A DNA stretch of 64,000 nt from Microbotryum violaceum (Eukaryota). Position numbers and translations under genes: made by a program. The stretch spans positions 1,116,001-1,180,000 of the forward strand of contig CDLV01000008.1 in the NCBI GenBank assembly GCA_001244265.2. Reading direction: 5' to 3'. A model generated the notes under the pieces. The model saw only the letters and a program-made list of their open reading frames with translations, was not told where the DNA came from and did no database searches. This document shows, piece after piece, positions 37,546-49,049 of this stretch; within the stretch, counting starts at the first letter, position 1, and every line of letters begins with the position of its first letter.

Positions 37546-37552
37546 TTGATGA

Positions 37553-37874
37553 GTCGCTGTGTTTGTCACAGCGCCAACAGGTTCAGGCAAAAGTGTTATT
37601 TCCGAAGCAATGTATCTCAATTATGAACGCCGGGCCGTCACCATTGTTGTCAGTCCACTGAATGCACTGAGCAATCATCAGGTGAGTTTTTCTGCCGACT
37701 AGGCTTGCTGGACCGACATCCGTGCTGATTTCCACAGTCACCTGCTTCTTTCAGGCTGCCAATCTCAATCGAAAGGGAAAGAAAGCGGTCGTGGAATCTG
37801 AGAAGACGGGGAGAGACGGCGAGCTGTACAGGCAGTTGGACGACCCCAATCACACGATCTCCTTCGTTCTAATC
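37553..37874 (+). pseudogene. RecQ-like SF2 helicase N-terminal fragment
   Basis: VAVFVTAPTGSGKSVISEAM (motif I) and VTIVVSPLNALSNHQ (motif Ia), then a GT-AG intron 37682-37754 and AANLNRKGKKAVV. Stop codon immediately upstream; no DExH motif downstream. Confidence 0.75.
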
Positions 37875-38896
37875 GTATGTGCCGGTTGACCTCCTGTTTG
37901 AGTGAAGTACACATGTGTTAAGTTGCCTTCCTGTTTGCTGCGTGTCAAGTCTCCTGAAATACATATAACGTTGCAGATTGGGCAAAGTTGAGTTCAGTAG
38001 CTTTATTGACTCCGGAGAATCAATCCAAGAAGTACGAAGTGTTGCCCACCTGCTCAGCGATCCAGTCATTGATTCTGCTTCTTGACTCTGCGCCATCCTC
38101 GCGTGCAAGTCGTAGAATAAGATCAAGTACACGCTTGAGGCTGGACCAGTTGCTGGTGGACAGCTTTGGTCGGTGTTGATCGCCTTCGAATCGTGTGGAT
38201 GGGCTGAAGTACCACGACAGGTATATAGCGAGAGATCGCGGCTACGAAATTCAGCGAATAGATCCGCCTCGCGGCAGTTGTTCTGTCAAGTTGATGGGTA
38301 CGGCGTCTACTTGTTCGAGCCATTTTTGGTTAAAGATATTGTCGCGCTTAATATGGCCGACGGATCATCGTGAAAAGAGGAGAACAGCGAAGCGTACGCA
38401 AAGGGATCAAGCCGAATGGAGCAGGCTCGCCGATGATGAGAGCGCCAATTACACGATGCGCTCGGACCATCTGAGGCCCGATCGACCGAAATCGCAGACT
38501 TCGTATCGCTGCAGCTCCACCCACAGCTTATGAAAGCTCTCGCCACTTGAGGTATGTCATTTTTAGAGCATAAAGAAGAATAAGGGTCCCTCACTTTTGC
38601 ATGAATGTAAGTATTTGCCAAGTTACAGAAAACCACCCCAAAATGGCCCTGAAATTTCGGAGGGCATCTGGGCCAAGCGCGCCGATCACTCGTAAGCCCC
38701 TCCCAGAGGGGAGGCTTAGTTGAGCCTAGATCGGTCTGGGTCGCGGTAGGTCGCCGCGGTCTTAAGGGCAGTCGCTCGAAGTCGCTCGAAGTCGCTCACT
38801 CTCGCAACTTTGGCTCTGCGTAGTGCCCGAACCATATCTCTTCAGTCTCACCGCGTTGCAACAGCAACAGCTGTTTCGACCCCGTTCGAGCACGAC

Positions 38897-41800
38897 ATGG
38901 CTTCTCCCGTGGCTGGCGCCTCGCCATCGTCCCCCCAGTCGTTCCGAGTCTCGTCGTCGCCGCTGCTCTCCGAGGCGGGTGCCGCTTCACGGCCGTTCAC
39001 CCTGAACGGCGGTGCGACCCCATCGACAGCGTCGCCGTTCGCAGCCGGCTACGCATCCACAGGAGGACTCTCGGTGCTTAATCGACCGAGACCTGGCCAA
39101 GGAGGACGAAAGTCGGTCGAACTCTCCCATCACCACGCCTCGACGTTGTCCATGTCGTCGAGCGTGTCTTCATCGAACCGACCGAGCACCGACTCGGAGC
39201 GCGAACGAGCACAGCAGCACCACTCGCCCTCGGCACCCTCGCGACCCAACGTGCTCGGTCATCCCGCCAGCGCCCACGCACCGCAGCACAGGATGACCCA
39301 TCACAGCAACTCCGAGTCGGAAGAGACGGAAGATGAAATGTCGGGTCGTCATGGCCGGCAGACGACAGCGCGACGTAATTCATTCTTCGGCATCGCAGCC
39401 AACGCACGCGATCGAGACGAGGACGACGTTGAGGTTGAGGCACGGACCGCCGCGCAGATGCGATCGTCGTCCTCGTCCTCGTACGGCGCTCTGGCTGATC
39501 GAGAAGACGAAGCGGCTAGTTCAGGTCGACCTTCAACTAGCTCTGATCGGCAGCTCCGTGACGAGCGTCGGTCCTCGTTCTACGGCCTCGATGGCCATCT
39601 CGATCCGAGCCAGGGCCTCGCCGGACTCCCCGCGAACGGCATCTCCTCTTCTCACGATCCGATCCTGCACACCACGTCGACGAATGTTTATGCAAGTTCT
39701 CAACGCCATGTTCCCCAATACCACCATCAGCAGCACGGCGCACCTGGAGCCGACTCGGGTTCGGGCTCCTACTCGTCTCATGAGCTGCGGTCCAGCGGCG
39801 GAACCGCCACGACCTCGACCTCGAGTGGACCCGCTGTCGTGTCACAAGTTGGTGCCCAGGGAACGATGCTCGGGCAAAGGATTTACAGTGCTCCCTATGC
39901 GGCTTCTCGTGCTGCATCTCTGCACCTGCAAGCGGGAATTGGCGGCGCAGCTTCAATCATCGAACCATCACCGAGCTCGCATCGACTACTGTCGGATCAA
40001 TCTCACCTCCAACCGGGCTCAATGGCGTCATTGCTCAGCCACGAAAAGACGCTCGACTTGTACCGTGCGAACGCAAAAAAGAATGACGACCCCGACATCC
40101 AGTTCGAGCTGTGCACCTTCACGATGGAGCTTGTAGCCGAGATGGAAGCGATCTCGGGCACCGATCGACTGGCTCCCGCGCAGTCCGGTTTCCGCGACGC
40201 TAGCGGCGCAGTCACGACCGGGGTGAGCTCACCGGGAGCGGCGATGAGTAACGTGCTGATAAAGGGCAACAAAGAAAATGGTGTTCTCGGTGCGACGGAT
40301 CTCACATCTCGGACGAAGCAACAGGAGCTCGTGGCCGAAAGTGTGACGTTACTCAACAAGCTTGCTACGCGTGGCCACGTCAAGAGCCAATACTTCTTGG
40401 CGGATTGCTACACCCAAGGTGTCGGAACTGCAAAAGTAATTTCTTCTTGTCGCTTTTTTCGAGCATACGTTTGAATCCTGAGAACCGTTGCTCACCATAT
40501 ATTACATTCTGCTTACAGGGACGGAGGGACTACGACAAAGCTTTTCCCCTTTTCATGCTCGCCGGGAAACACGGCCATTCAGATGCCTGCTTTCGAGCAG
40601 CACAGTGCTGCGAGAACTCCTGGGGCACGAAGAAGGACTTTAGCAAAGCCGTCACATTGCTTCGGTTAGTTCACTTCCATCCCTCTAGCGGAGGAGTCTC
40701 TACTGACGAATCGAGGTCCATGACCCCTATTCGGTCCCATAGACGAGCGGCTGTTCTCAACCACCCTGGCGCAATGCACCGACTAGGTATTGCAGAACTT
40801 AACGGCGAGATGGGATTGGCACGGCGCCCGCGGGAAGGAGTCAAGTGGCTCAAACGCGCCGCCGAGCTCGCCGACCAAGTCGACCCGCCACAACCGCAGA
40901 GTTTGCACGAATTGGCCGTTTTGCACGAGAAAGGGATCGAAAATGTTATCTTCAAGGTGCGCGGAGAATCGGGCCGTGTACTCTCTGGTGTTCTCACACT
41001 GACGATTCTGACACTATTATCTCCTACATCTGCTCGCAGGACGAGGAGTACGCCGCAGAACTGCTGGCTCGCGCCTCTGAACTTCAGTTCGCTCCCAGTG
41101 CCTACAAGCTGGGGGAGTGCTACGAGTATGGAAAAATGGGATGCCCTCAAGACGCCGCCTTATCCATCCACTACTACAGTGCGTATTACGGAGCTCCGAG
41201 AGACGCCCTTCTGACTGATGTGACGTGCACTGTTGTCGCGTAGATATTGCCGCTCAGCAAGGTCACCGCGAGGCCTGCTTTGCTTTGACTGCTTGGTACC
41301 TCGTTGGGTCGCCTGGTGTCTTGCCGCAGTCGGATACCGAGGCATACCTCTGGGCCCGGAAGGCCGCTGGCTTTGGACTCGCGAAGGCTGAATACGCAGT
41401 AGGGTATTTCACCGAGGTAAGTAATGAATATCGGCGGAAACAAACTCCGAGACGGAAAGGAGCTGACACCAGAGGATGGACTTGGATTGCCTCATAGATG
41501 GGAATTGGTACGTACAAGGACGCTCGAGAAGCGATCGACTGGTTCCGAAAGGCGGCGGGGCATGGGGACAAGCGTGCGATCGATCGATTACGTATGACTG
41601 GCGCCACGGTCGAGACAATGTACGGTCGACCCTCGCCTCAGGCCCCAGAACTGCCACAAGCTGCCGAGCCAGCGGGCAACTACAAGCCAGCGATTGAGAC
41701 CAAGATGAAGAACCGAACGCTTAATCGGTTTGGTGTCGGGAAACGAGAGGGGCTCAGTATTCACACCGGTGGAAGGTCGATTTCGGCAGGTCAAGCCTTG

Positions 41801-42397
41801 AGTGCGGTCGAAAGCCGGGGGCAACCGAGCGCTCAGGAGTTCGATGACGCTTTGCGTGCGATGCACAATGCCGGTCGACTCGAATTTCCTCGCCAGCGTA
41901 GCGTCTCACAGCCTTCCACCCCGACCGACGCTTACCAGCCGCACCCTCGACAACGTCATGACCAGCAGTTCGACTACTCTGGAGTACGTCCAGGTGGGCC
42001 GCCCACGTCACCAAAGACGCCTGCGTCCCAACAGGCTCACTGGGGTCGATCCGGCTCTCCCATGGGCCGTGGCCCTTCCTCACCATCGCGTCCTAGCTCA
42101 CCCTCGCGTGGTGGACCCATGCCCGGCCGTGGCAACCGACCCTACCTTGCATCCCTCTACACTGGTGGTCAGCCGCCATCACTCAACTCGCGAGTGCTTC
42201 CACCGGGAGCGGTCCAACCTCGCTCAAGTACCAACGAGCTCGAAGGAGCACTACCTATCCGTCCCCCCTCGCCCGGTCACGCCAGCTCGAAATCGAAGCA
42301 CGAGCCCAACGTCTTGACCAAAAAGGGCCTGAATTCGAATTCAACTCCCCCGTCTTTGTCGAACGCTGCCGGCAAGGTATTCTGGAAGAGGAAATGA
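38897..42397 (+). CDS. Sel1/TPR-repeat chitin synthase activator, Chs4/Skt5-like
   Basis: LDLYRANAKKNDDPDIQFE; LATRGHVKSQYFLADCY; AGKHGHSDACFRAAQC; HPGAMHRLGIAELNG; SAYKLGECYEYG; LTAWYLVG...LPQSDTEAYLWA; KAEYAVGYFTE. Confidence 0.92.
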
Positions 42398-42742
42398 TAC
42401 AACTACACCCGCGATCACGATCATGACGGCTTGGCATGCATATTACAAGCGACGACTCATTTACGCCGTTAGCGCAAGCCCCTCTTCCTTCAGACATCCT
42501 GCCCATTACGACCACTACAGACACTGGTTTTGCCTTCTGCTTTTGCTATTGTTTATACTTTAGTATCTAGACCGACCTAAAGGCTTTGCCACCCTTTGCC
42601 GTTTGTGGCTTTTCAGCGCTGCCTCCTCGTTGCCTAGCCGTAGCCACGATTCTCCTTCCCTCTCACGCAAGCATCGCAATACATCTTCAGTTTCACGGTC
42701 CTCGGAACGTCTAGACGGACTGGCCAGTGTGAAGTCTCAGAG

Positions 42743-43905
42743 CTACGAAGACTGCGGTACCACCTCTCCCCTTTCGTCCAAGACGATCTTGGCTTCGCCC
42801 TGCAATTCACGTTCATTCCACCACCCGCTCCCCGTACACCAACTGAGCGCCGACTCAGCCTTGATCACCAATCTCGCGACGAGCCGGTCCGTCTTCCTAG
42901 CTACCGCGCTTGTCCTCATCCCGTAGCCCATAGCATAGAGCGGCATGTGGATGCACAAGAAGGGAGGGATCATGATGAGGTTGACCACAAAGCGGCCAAT
43001 CCGTTTGCCGATCGTCGCCGTAGGGAGGTATGGTCGTAGGAGCACCAAATGCCCGAGGTAGGGTTGCGACAAAAGCGACCCAAACGCACCTAGGATGACC
43101 AAGCGTACGTATTCGTTCGAAGGTTGGAGGTTCGGTCGTCTTGTGATGGAGAGGGGAGCGGTCGGGATGTAGGCCGTCAACGTTCCCGCTGTCTTTGTCG
43201 AGTCACCAGGGGTGAAAGGTTGACATTCGATCGGGATCGCGGGCCAAGCGGCTTCGGACCGAGCCGTATCCTTGTGGAGATTCCCGGATAATGAAGAAGA
43301 GGTAGGCGATGAAAAGTCCAAGACGATCGAACGAAAGTCGGCCTCGGTCAGTTCGAAAGCGACGCCTTCCAATCTCGGGGGCAGTAGGCCCGTGCAGTCG
43401 AGCCCAGGGCAACACCGCCTCCAAATCCATTCTCGGTAATCTTCATCCTTTTCCTTCTCCGCGTTCGTCATGTCCGAACGAACAGTATGTGGTTTGGATG
43501 ACTTGGCGGTCCACCCAATGTCATTCACGCCCTGTACAATGGCATTCGTGCAAGCCGGGGACGAAAAGGGGACGCCCTCGACGTCGAAGGCGAGAAAAGC
43601 GGAGGGGACGATCACAGGTGTTGAAGATAGAGGCTTGATGGGTCCAAGACGAGCCGACAGCAATTTGGCTTTGGATTTCGAATAAACCGAAAAAATATTG
43701 GAGGGGGCCCGTTGGTCAGCGCTTCATCCTTCTAGAGCCAAGAGTCGAATTAGAACGTTCTCCGCGAGAGTTCCAAGTCGTGACGGGTCCTCGAGCACTC
43801 TCCAGTGCATGCGCTGCGCTCAGGGCGAGACGACTCACGGTGCAGATCCACTCCGTAAGCCAGGTAATGGTAGGTCTTGTGAGGCTTGGTATCTTTTGTC
43901 GACAT
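42743..43905 (-). CDS. GliK-like gamma-glutamylcyclotransferase-fold protein (divergent)
   Basis: YLAYGVDLH|PKLLSARLGPIKPLS..VIVP..LAFDVEGVPFSSP; LEGVAFELTEADF; QPSNEYVRLVILGA; YL..LRPY; C-terminal hydrophobic helix. This layout matches fungal GliK-family proteins. Confidence 0.7.
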
Positions 43906-44269
43906 ATCGATAGCAGTGACAATCTAGCCGCGAGATGTTTGGAGTGAAGGCTGGCAACTCGGTGGGAAGCCTCGTCCAGAACCGGTACCGAAATAGTTTA
44001 GTAAGCGCGACGCGTTCGAGGTTGCGGCCTTGTGTAGGTAGTATAAGGTGAGGGTGGAGACGCTTCGACTGTACACCGCGATAATTCAGGTTCCACGCGT
44101 CTCTTCAAGCGACCAAGCGCACTAAGGTGAAGATGCAGTGGTGTACGAGAAAGAGAGAGGAGCGCGGGGAAAGCACTTCGGCGATGGTGCTCAATTTCGC
44201 ACAGCTTCTTTCCGCTTTCTTTCGGAGTCCGTCCGGCTCTCGTGGGCAGCGATTGCTCGAGACTGCCCG

Positions 44270-47200
44270 GGGCCCCGGGATTGCCGTTGACTCGAAGAAC
44301 GTCTAGTACCTTGAAACTCTCACCTCAGCGGAGAGTCGTCGCTCATTCGATTGTCAATAACTCCTCAGCCCGATTCTCTGTCGAAGAATGCCCGCCCCGA
44401 GTTCTCAATTTCCCTTGCAAAACTGCCACTCCTCCTGCCCCCCAGCCTGCCTCCAATCAGGGAATTGCCTACTCCCTCGTTGAAAAATCCTCCGAGTCCC
44501 CCAGCTCAGAGACCACCTCTCCATCCCCAAGCCCTCCTCCGGCCACGCCAAAGTCGATCATAACTCGATCCAAGTCGATTGCCGCCCTCTCCAAGCCAGC
44601 CACTCGTGAAGCCCCTTCCACTGCGCCTGCCCTCGAAGCCTCCGAGCCGAGCCCCGAGCCGCCTTCGCCCACGCCGTTGCCCTCAGCCGCGCCCAAAGCC
44701 CGACCCGATGACGCCGACACCGACGACGAGGCCGACGAAGAAGCCGAAGACCAAGAAGCACCTCCTAAGGACGTGGAAGACGCTATGGACCAAGATGATG
44801 AGCACAACTAAAATCCCAAACGTGTCTTTTGTTGCTGCCAACGTGCAGTCAATCAATGAAGACCGTAAGCGTGCCTCTCTTTTCTCCAGTCTCCGCTCCC
44901 ATAACGCCGACGTCTTTCTCCTGAGCGAAACTGGCCGACCTTCCCCGAAAGGGTGGCCCAGTGGACTCAGGAGTGCCAAGACTTAAAACTCTCCGCCCCT
45001 TTTCACTCCTTTCAACAACACTGCCATACTTTGGAAGAGCGACTCCGTGGTCATTACTTTTGATCCCGAGTCGCCTCCAAACACTCTTAGTGCCTCTTTC
45101 TCTTTCCCGGACCGAGTCACCGACGCCACCTTTTGTGTGGGTGATTCAAAAGTCCGGGTTGTATCAATATACGCGCCTTCCTCCGACAAGCCAGACAAAA
45201 ACCGCTTCCTCTCAGACCTCAGCACCGCCCTCCGACAAGTTGTACGTGACGAACCCTCGCCGCCTGCGCTCCTAGTCGGGGGGACTGGAATTGTGTTGAG
45301 TCCCAGCCCCTCGATTCGGAGAACCAAAACGGAACGAATTATGGGGGTCAGGAGATGCGCGACCTTGCCACGGCCAACAATCTTTTCGACGCCTATCGGC
45401 TCCATCATCCCAAAGGACGAGCCACGACGAATCGCTCAGCGCCCGGCACGTGCCGTCGCCTTGACCGCATCTATGTCTCGCCTGATTGGGTCGACCTCTT
45501 CCATGATCACAAAATTTGGGCTCCTGTCCTCAAATCGACGCACTCAATGGTTGTGGCACGGTTCCAAGTGCCGGGCGCAATCGACATCGGTCCGGGCAAA
45601 TTCAAGCTGGGTTTGTACGTGATCGAGGGCGACGCGACCTGCGAGTACCTCACCTCCATTGTCCGCACCCTTTACAACAAAGCCTTCCTCCAGACGCCCA
45701 ACGATCCACCAGCAGCTTGGACGTCCACCAAACACCGCCTGCTGCCCGAGCTGCAGGCTCTGGCCCGGACTTTCGCTCGGCGCGGCCCTGCGGTCCCGCC
45801 TCGACCCATCTCTGGCGGGTCCCTCTTCCATCTTCATCCGCCTGCGCAAAGTGCGAGCATCCGACCTGATCCCTTCGCTCACGGTCAACGATGTTGTTCA
45901 TTCCGACCCTGATTCGATGCTTGGAGCGGCCAGCGACTACTTCGAGCGGGTCTATGAGGACCGCCCCATCGATGACGCGGCCCTGAAGGCGATCATCGAC
46001 GGCCTCGCTTCAACGCCTCTCCCCGCGGACTCACTCAAGCTCGAGGAAGCGTACCCGTTGGAGGAGATGACAAAGGCTCAAGCGGCGTGTAAGTCGAACT
46101 CTTCGCCAGGGCCTGACGGCCTCCCGGTTGAGTTTTATCGCGCTACGTGGCCGGCCACTGGCCTGATTCTTCGAGACGTCATCAACTCGATCCCCACCGA
46201 GGCCCGTCAGCCTGGACCTCTTCCCCGCAACACCGCCCACATCCATCTCATCCACAAACGCGGCGAGAGGGATCAGCTTTCGAACAAACGCCCCATATCG
46301 CTCATCAATGCGGACGAGCGCATCATCTCGCAAGCCCACAACCAGCGCCTCGCTCCCTTGCTCGAGTCCCTGATCGGCCCAACCCAACGTGGCTTTGTTC
46401 CGAACCGTTGGATCGGCACGAACATCGCTGAAGTCCAATGTCTCATGGACCCTGGACTTCCGGGCTCTCTGGCATGCTAGCGGTGATGGACTTTGAAAAG
46501 GCTTACGATCGTCTTTCCCACCCGTACCTTGATGCAGTCCTCTGCGCCGTTGGCCTCGGCCCCAAAGCCCGCCAATGGTACCGAGCGACCTACACCAACC
46601 AATCTGCCTCGATCTTCCTCAACGGTTGGCTCTCTGCCACTTTCGACATCCTGTCGGGCGTTCGGCAAGGTGATCCTTTGGCTCCGTCTCTCTTCGTCCT
46701 GGCGATCGAAGGTTTTGCCTGTCAGATTCGATTGAGAGTCAAGGGCATCGATGTTGCGGGCCTCCAAAACGTTGGCGAACTCCTTTTTGCCGACGACGCT
46801 TGCTGCGCACTCCACAACCTCTCGGACCTCGACCACCTCAATCGGGCGATCGAGCTTTACGAACGGGCAAGTGCCAGCAAGCTCAGCAACGTCAAATCTT
46901 TCCTCTACCCCCTTGGAGCTTTTCGGGATCGGTCGATCGCCCCAGATCTCGGGACCTGGCGTCTCAGCGATTCGCAGTTTCGCTACCTTGGTATTCAGGT
47001 CGGGGTGGAGATCGCCGAGGATGCGGGCTGGGAGGATGTCAAGGCCTTGACCATCGCTCGGATACGCTCGATTCCGATGTACGATCTCCCATATGCAGCC
47101 AAGTGTTCGATCATCAACATCTACTGCTACACAAAGATCTTGTACTACAGTCGATTCCTTCCCGCCCCCAAGAGCGTTGTCAAGGAGATCGAGGAGGCCG

Positions 47201-48475
47201 CCATGCTCGCCATTCACGGTCGAGCTTCGGATGGTACTCAGCGACGTCCGAAGGTCTCCCGGTCGCGCCTCTGCACCCCTCTTGATCACGGCGGCTTCGG
47301 TTTGACTGATCTGCCTCGGCGTCTAGCAATTGATCACGCGAAGTGGGTCTTCCAGCTCCGGGCCCCGGACGGCTGCTTCACACGCCACCTCTTCGACATC
47401 CGCATCCGCCTCCAGGCACCAAACGAACCAACCCCTTTCACCTTGTCCAGACCGGCCCCCAACCAGCATCGTTGCCCTTGGATTTGGATCTGGTGGGCTT
47501 ACTTTTGCCATCCTCCCCAAAGTGGGACCATGCGGTGAGAAAAACGACAAAACTTCTTCCTGCTCGTTGGGTCCGATACTTCGAAGCCTGGGCGTTGGTG
47601 ACCCCGCTCAATCCCCCGGAACTCTCCAAGAGCCAGAACCTCGAGCAATGGGCGACGCACGTACTCTATTTCCCAGCGGGCCACGGAATACAACTCTCGG
47701 TAAACCCGACGCTTTTTCGAGGGCCGATGGCGAGGTGATGACCCCGTCTTCGTTTGTGAACGCGTCCAAACGCCACCAAGTCTTCATCTTCCCCCTTATC
47801 TTCCCCAAGGGACACCAGAAGGTATTCGATCTGCCTGAGCAACGCTGGAACGCTTGGTGGAAGGCTTTGCGCAAGGTTCGCCGGGTTCACTCGGACGCCG
47901 AGGATACCGGCCACCTTCTCTCCCTGGGGTCCCTCCATCCGGGAAGCCAAGTCGCCTCCCCAACCAGCCCACACCCCAACAATCGATCTACCTCCTGTGT
48001 GATGTGCCTCTCGGAAGCACCCGAGTGCCTGGTTCACCTCGCGGTCGGCTGCCCATTTGCCCGGCGCCTCTGGTCTGCTCTGTCCCCGACCCCCACCCAG
48101 TCTTTGTGGACTTTGTATGCCCGGTCGTGTCTCGCTCGGAACTTCGACTTGTCGAACTACGAGTCCTCTTCTTTCACTCGATCTGGAAGCTCTGTCGCCG
48201 TCGTCGATTCTCGTCGGATCTTTTGGAACCGATCACCGAAACGGAGTTCGAGGGGCTTCGAGCCTCTATCCAGGAGTCCAAGGGTCGCCTGGTGTCTCTG
48301 TAAGACACCAAAGGGGGTTTAAGTGGGTATGGTTGATCCTGGTTCAGGGTTAATGAGTCCTACACTACTGGCTTCTGCCAGTGTGCGTAACAGCATTCCC
48401 TCCGACTTTTCCGAAGATTTCTAGGTATTAATATAATATGCTGTTAATGAAGTCTATCAAAAACAAAAACAAAAA
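44270..48475 (+). mobile_element. 5'-truncated non-LTR retrotransposon (LINE, L1/Tx1-like)
   Basis: 3' part of a P/S/acidic ORF1 ending at 44811, ORF2 with APE endonuclease, RT and zinc finger, a short AT-rich 3' UTR and a (CAAAAA)3 tail at 48458-48475. Candidate TSD AGACTGCCCG (44260-44269) / AGCCTGCCCG (48475-48484). The 5' boundary is uncertain. Confidence 0.93.
44795..48303 (+). pseudogene. LINE ORF2 (APE endonuclease + reverse transcriptase + zf-RVT), about 8 frameshifts as assembled
   Basis: AANVQSIN, DVFLLSET, VSIYAP, GGDWNC, RRLDRIY, STH (endonuclease); SPGPDGLP, KRPISLINADERI, QRGFVPNR, DFEKAYD, GVRQGDPLAP, LFADD, FRYLGI (RT); CVMC...HLAVGC. Confidence 0.93.
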
Positions 48476-49049
48476 GCCTGCCCGACCGTCCTGCAGGACC
48501 CCACGAGGCTTGCTGGCACTTTGGCCACGCTCGCATTGATGTACTGCGGGCCGTACCTAACCCCCATGATGATTGGTGGGAAGGTCGGCAGGATAGTGTG
48601 GAGGACAGTTCGGAGATATCGAGTGAAGCCGGGCCTGGCGGCGATCGAGTCGACCTAGCTCCGAGTCGGACTTCGCAGGGGACCGAGCTCAAAGCGAGCC
48701 GCCCCAGCTCGGTCGGGCAAGGCTGCTGGAGCAACAATGCTGTACCTATCGCGGCGATCTCAAGGCTGGGGTGACCCTTAAATTTCAATCTATCTGCGGA
48801 ACTTTGTTCGAGCTCGATCGACAAAGTATTCGGTGTTTTCCGAGAGGTGGATCGTTGAGGTCGATGTGGGGTAATCGTGCCCCTGTCCGCCGATTTAGCT
48901 TCAGCTCGGCCGCGGCATTCGGCGCTCGGCGCTTGGCACGGGTGGAGAAGACGGAAGCGAGGTGGTGTCATCGATATGACTCATGGCTCAAATTCAAGCG
49001 AGCTCGGAGGCGCGCGCTTGTCCCGAGCTCCAGCCCTCAAAAGTCAGCG

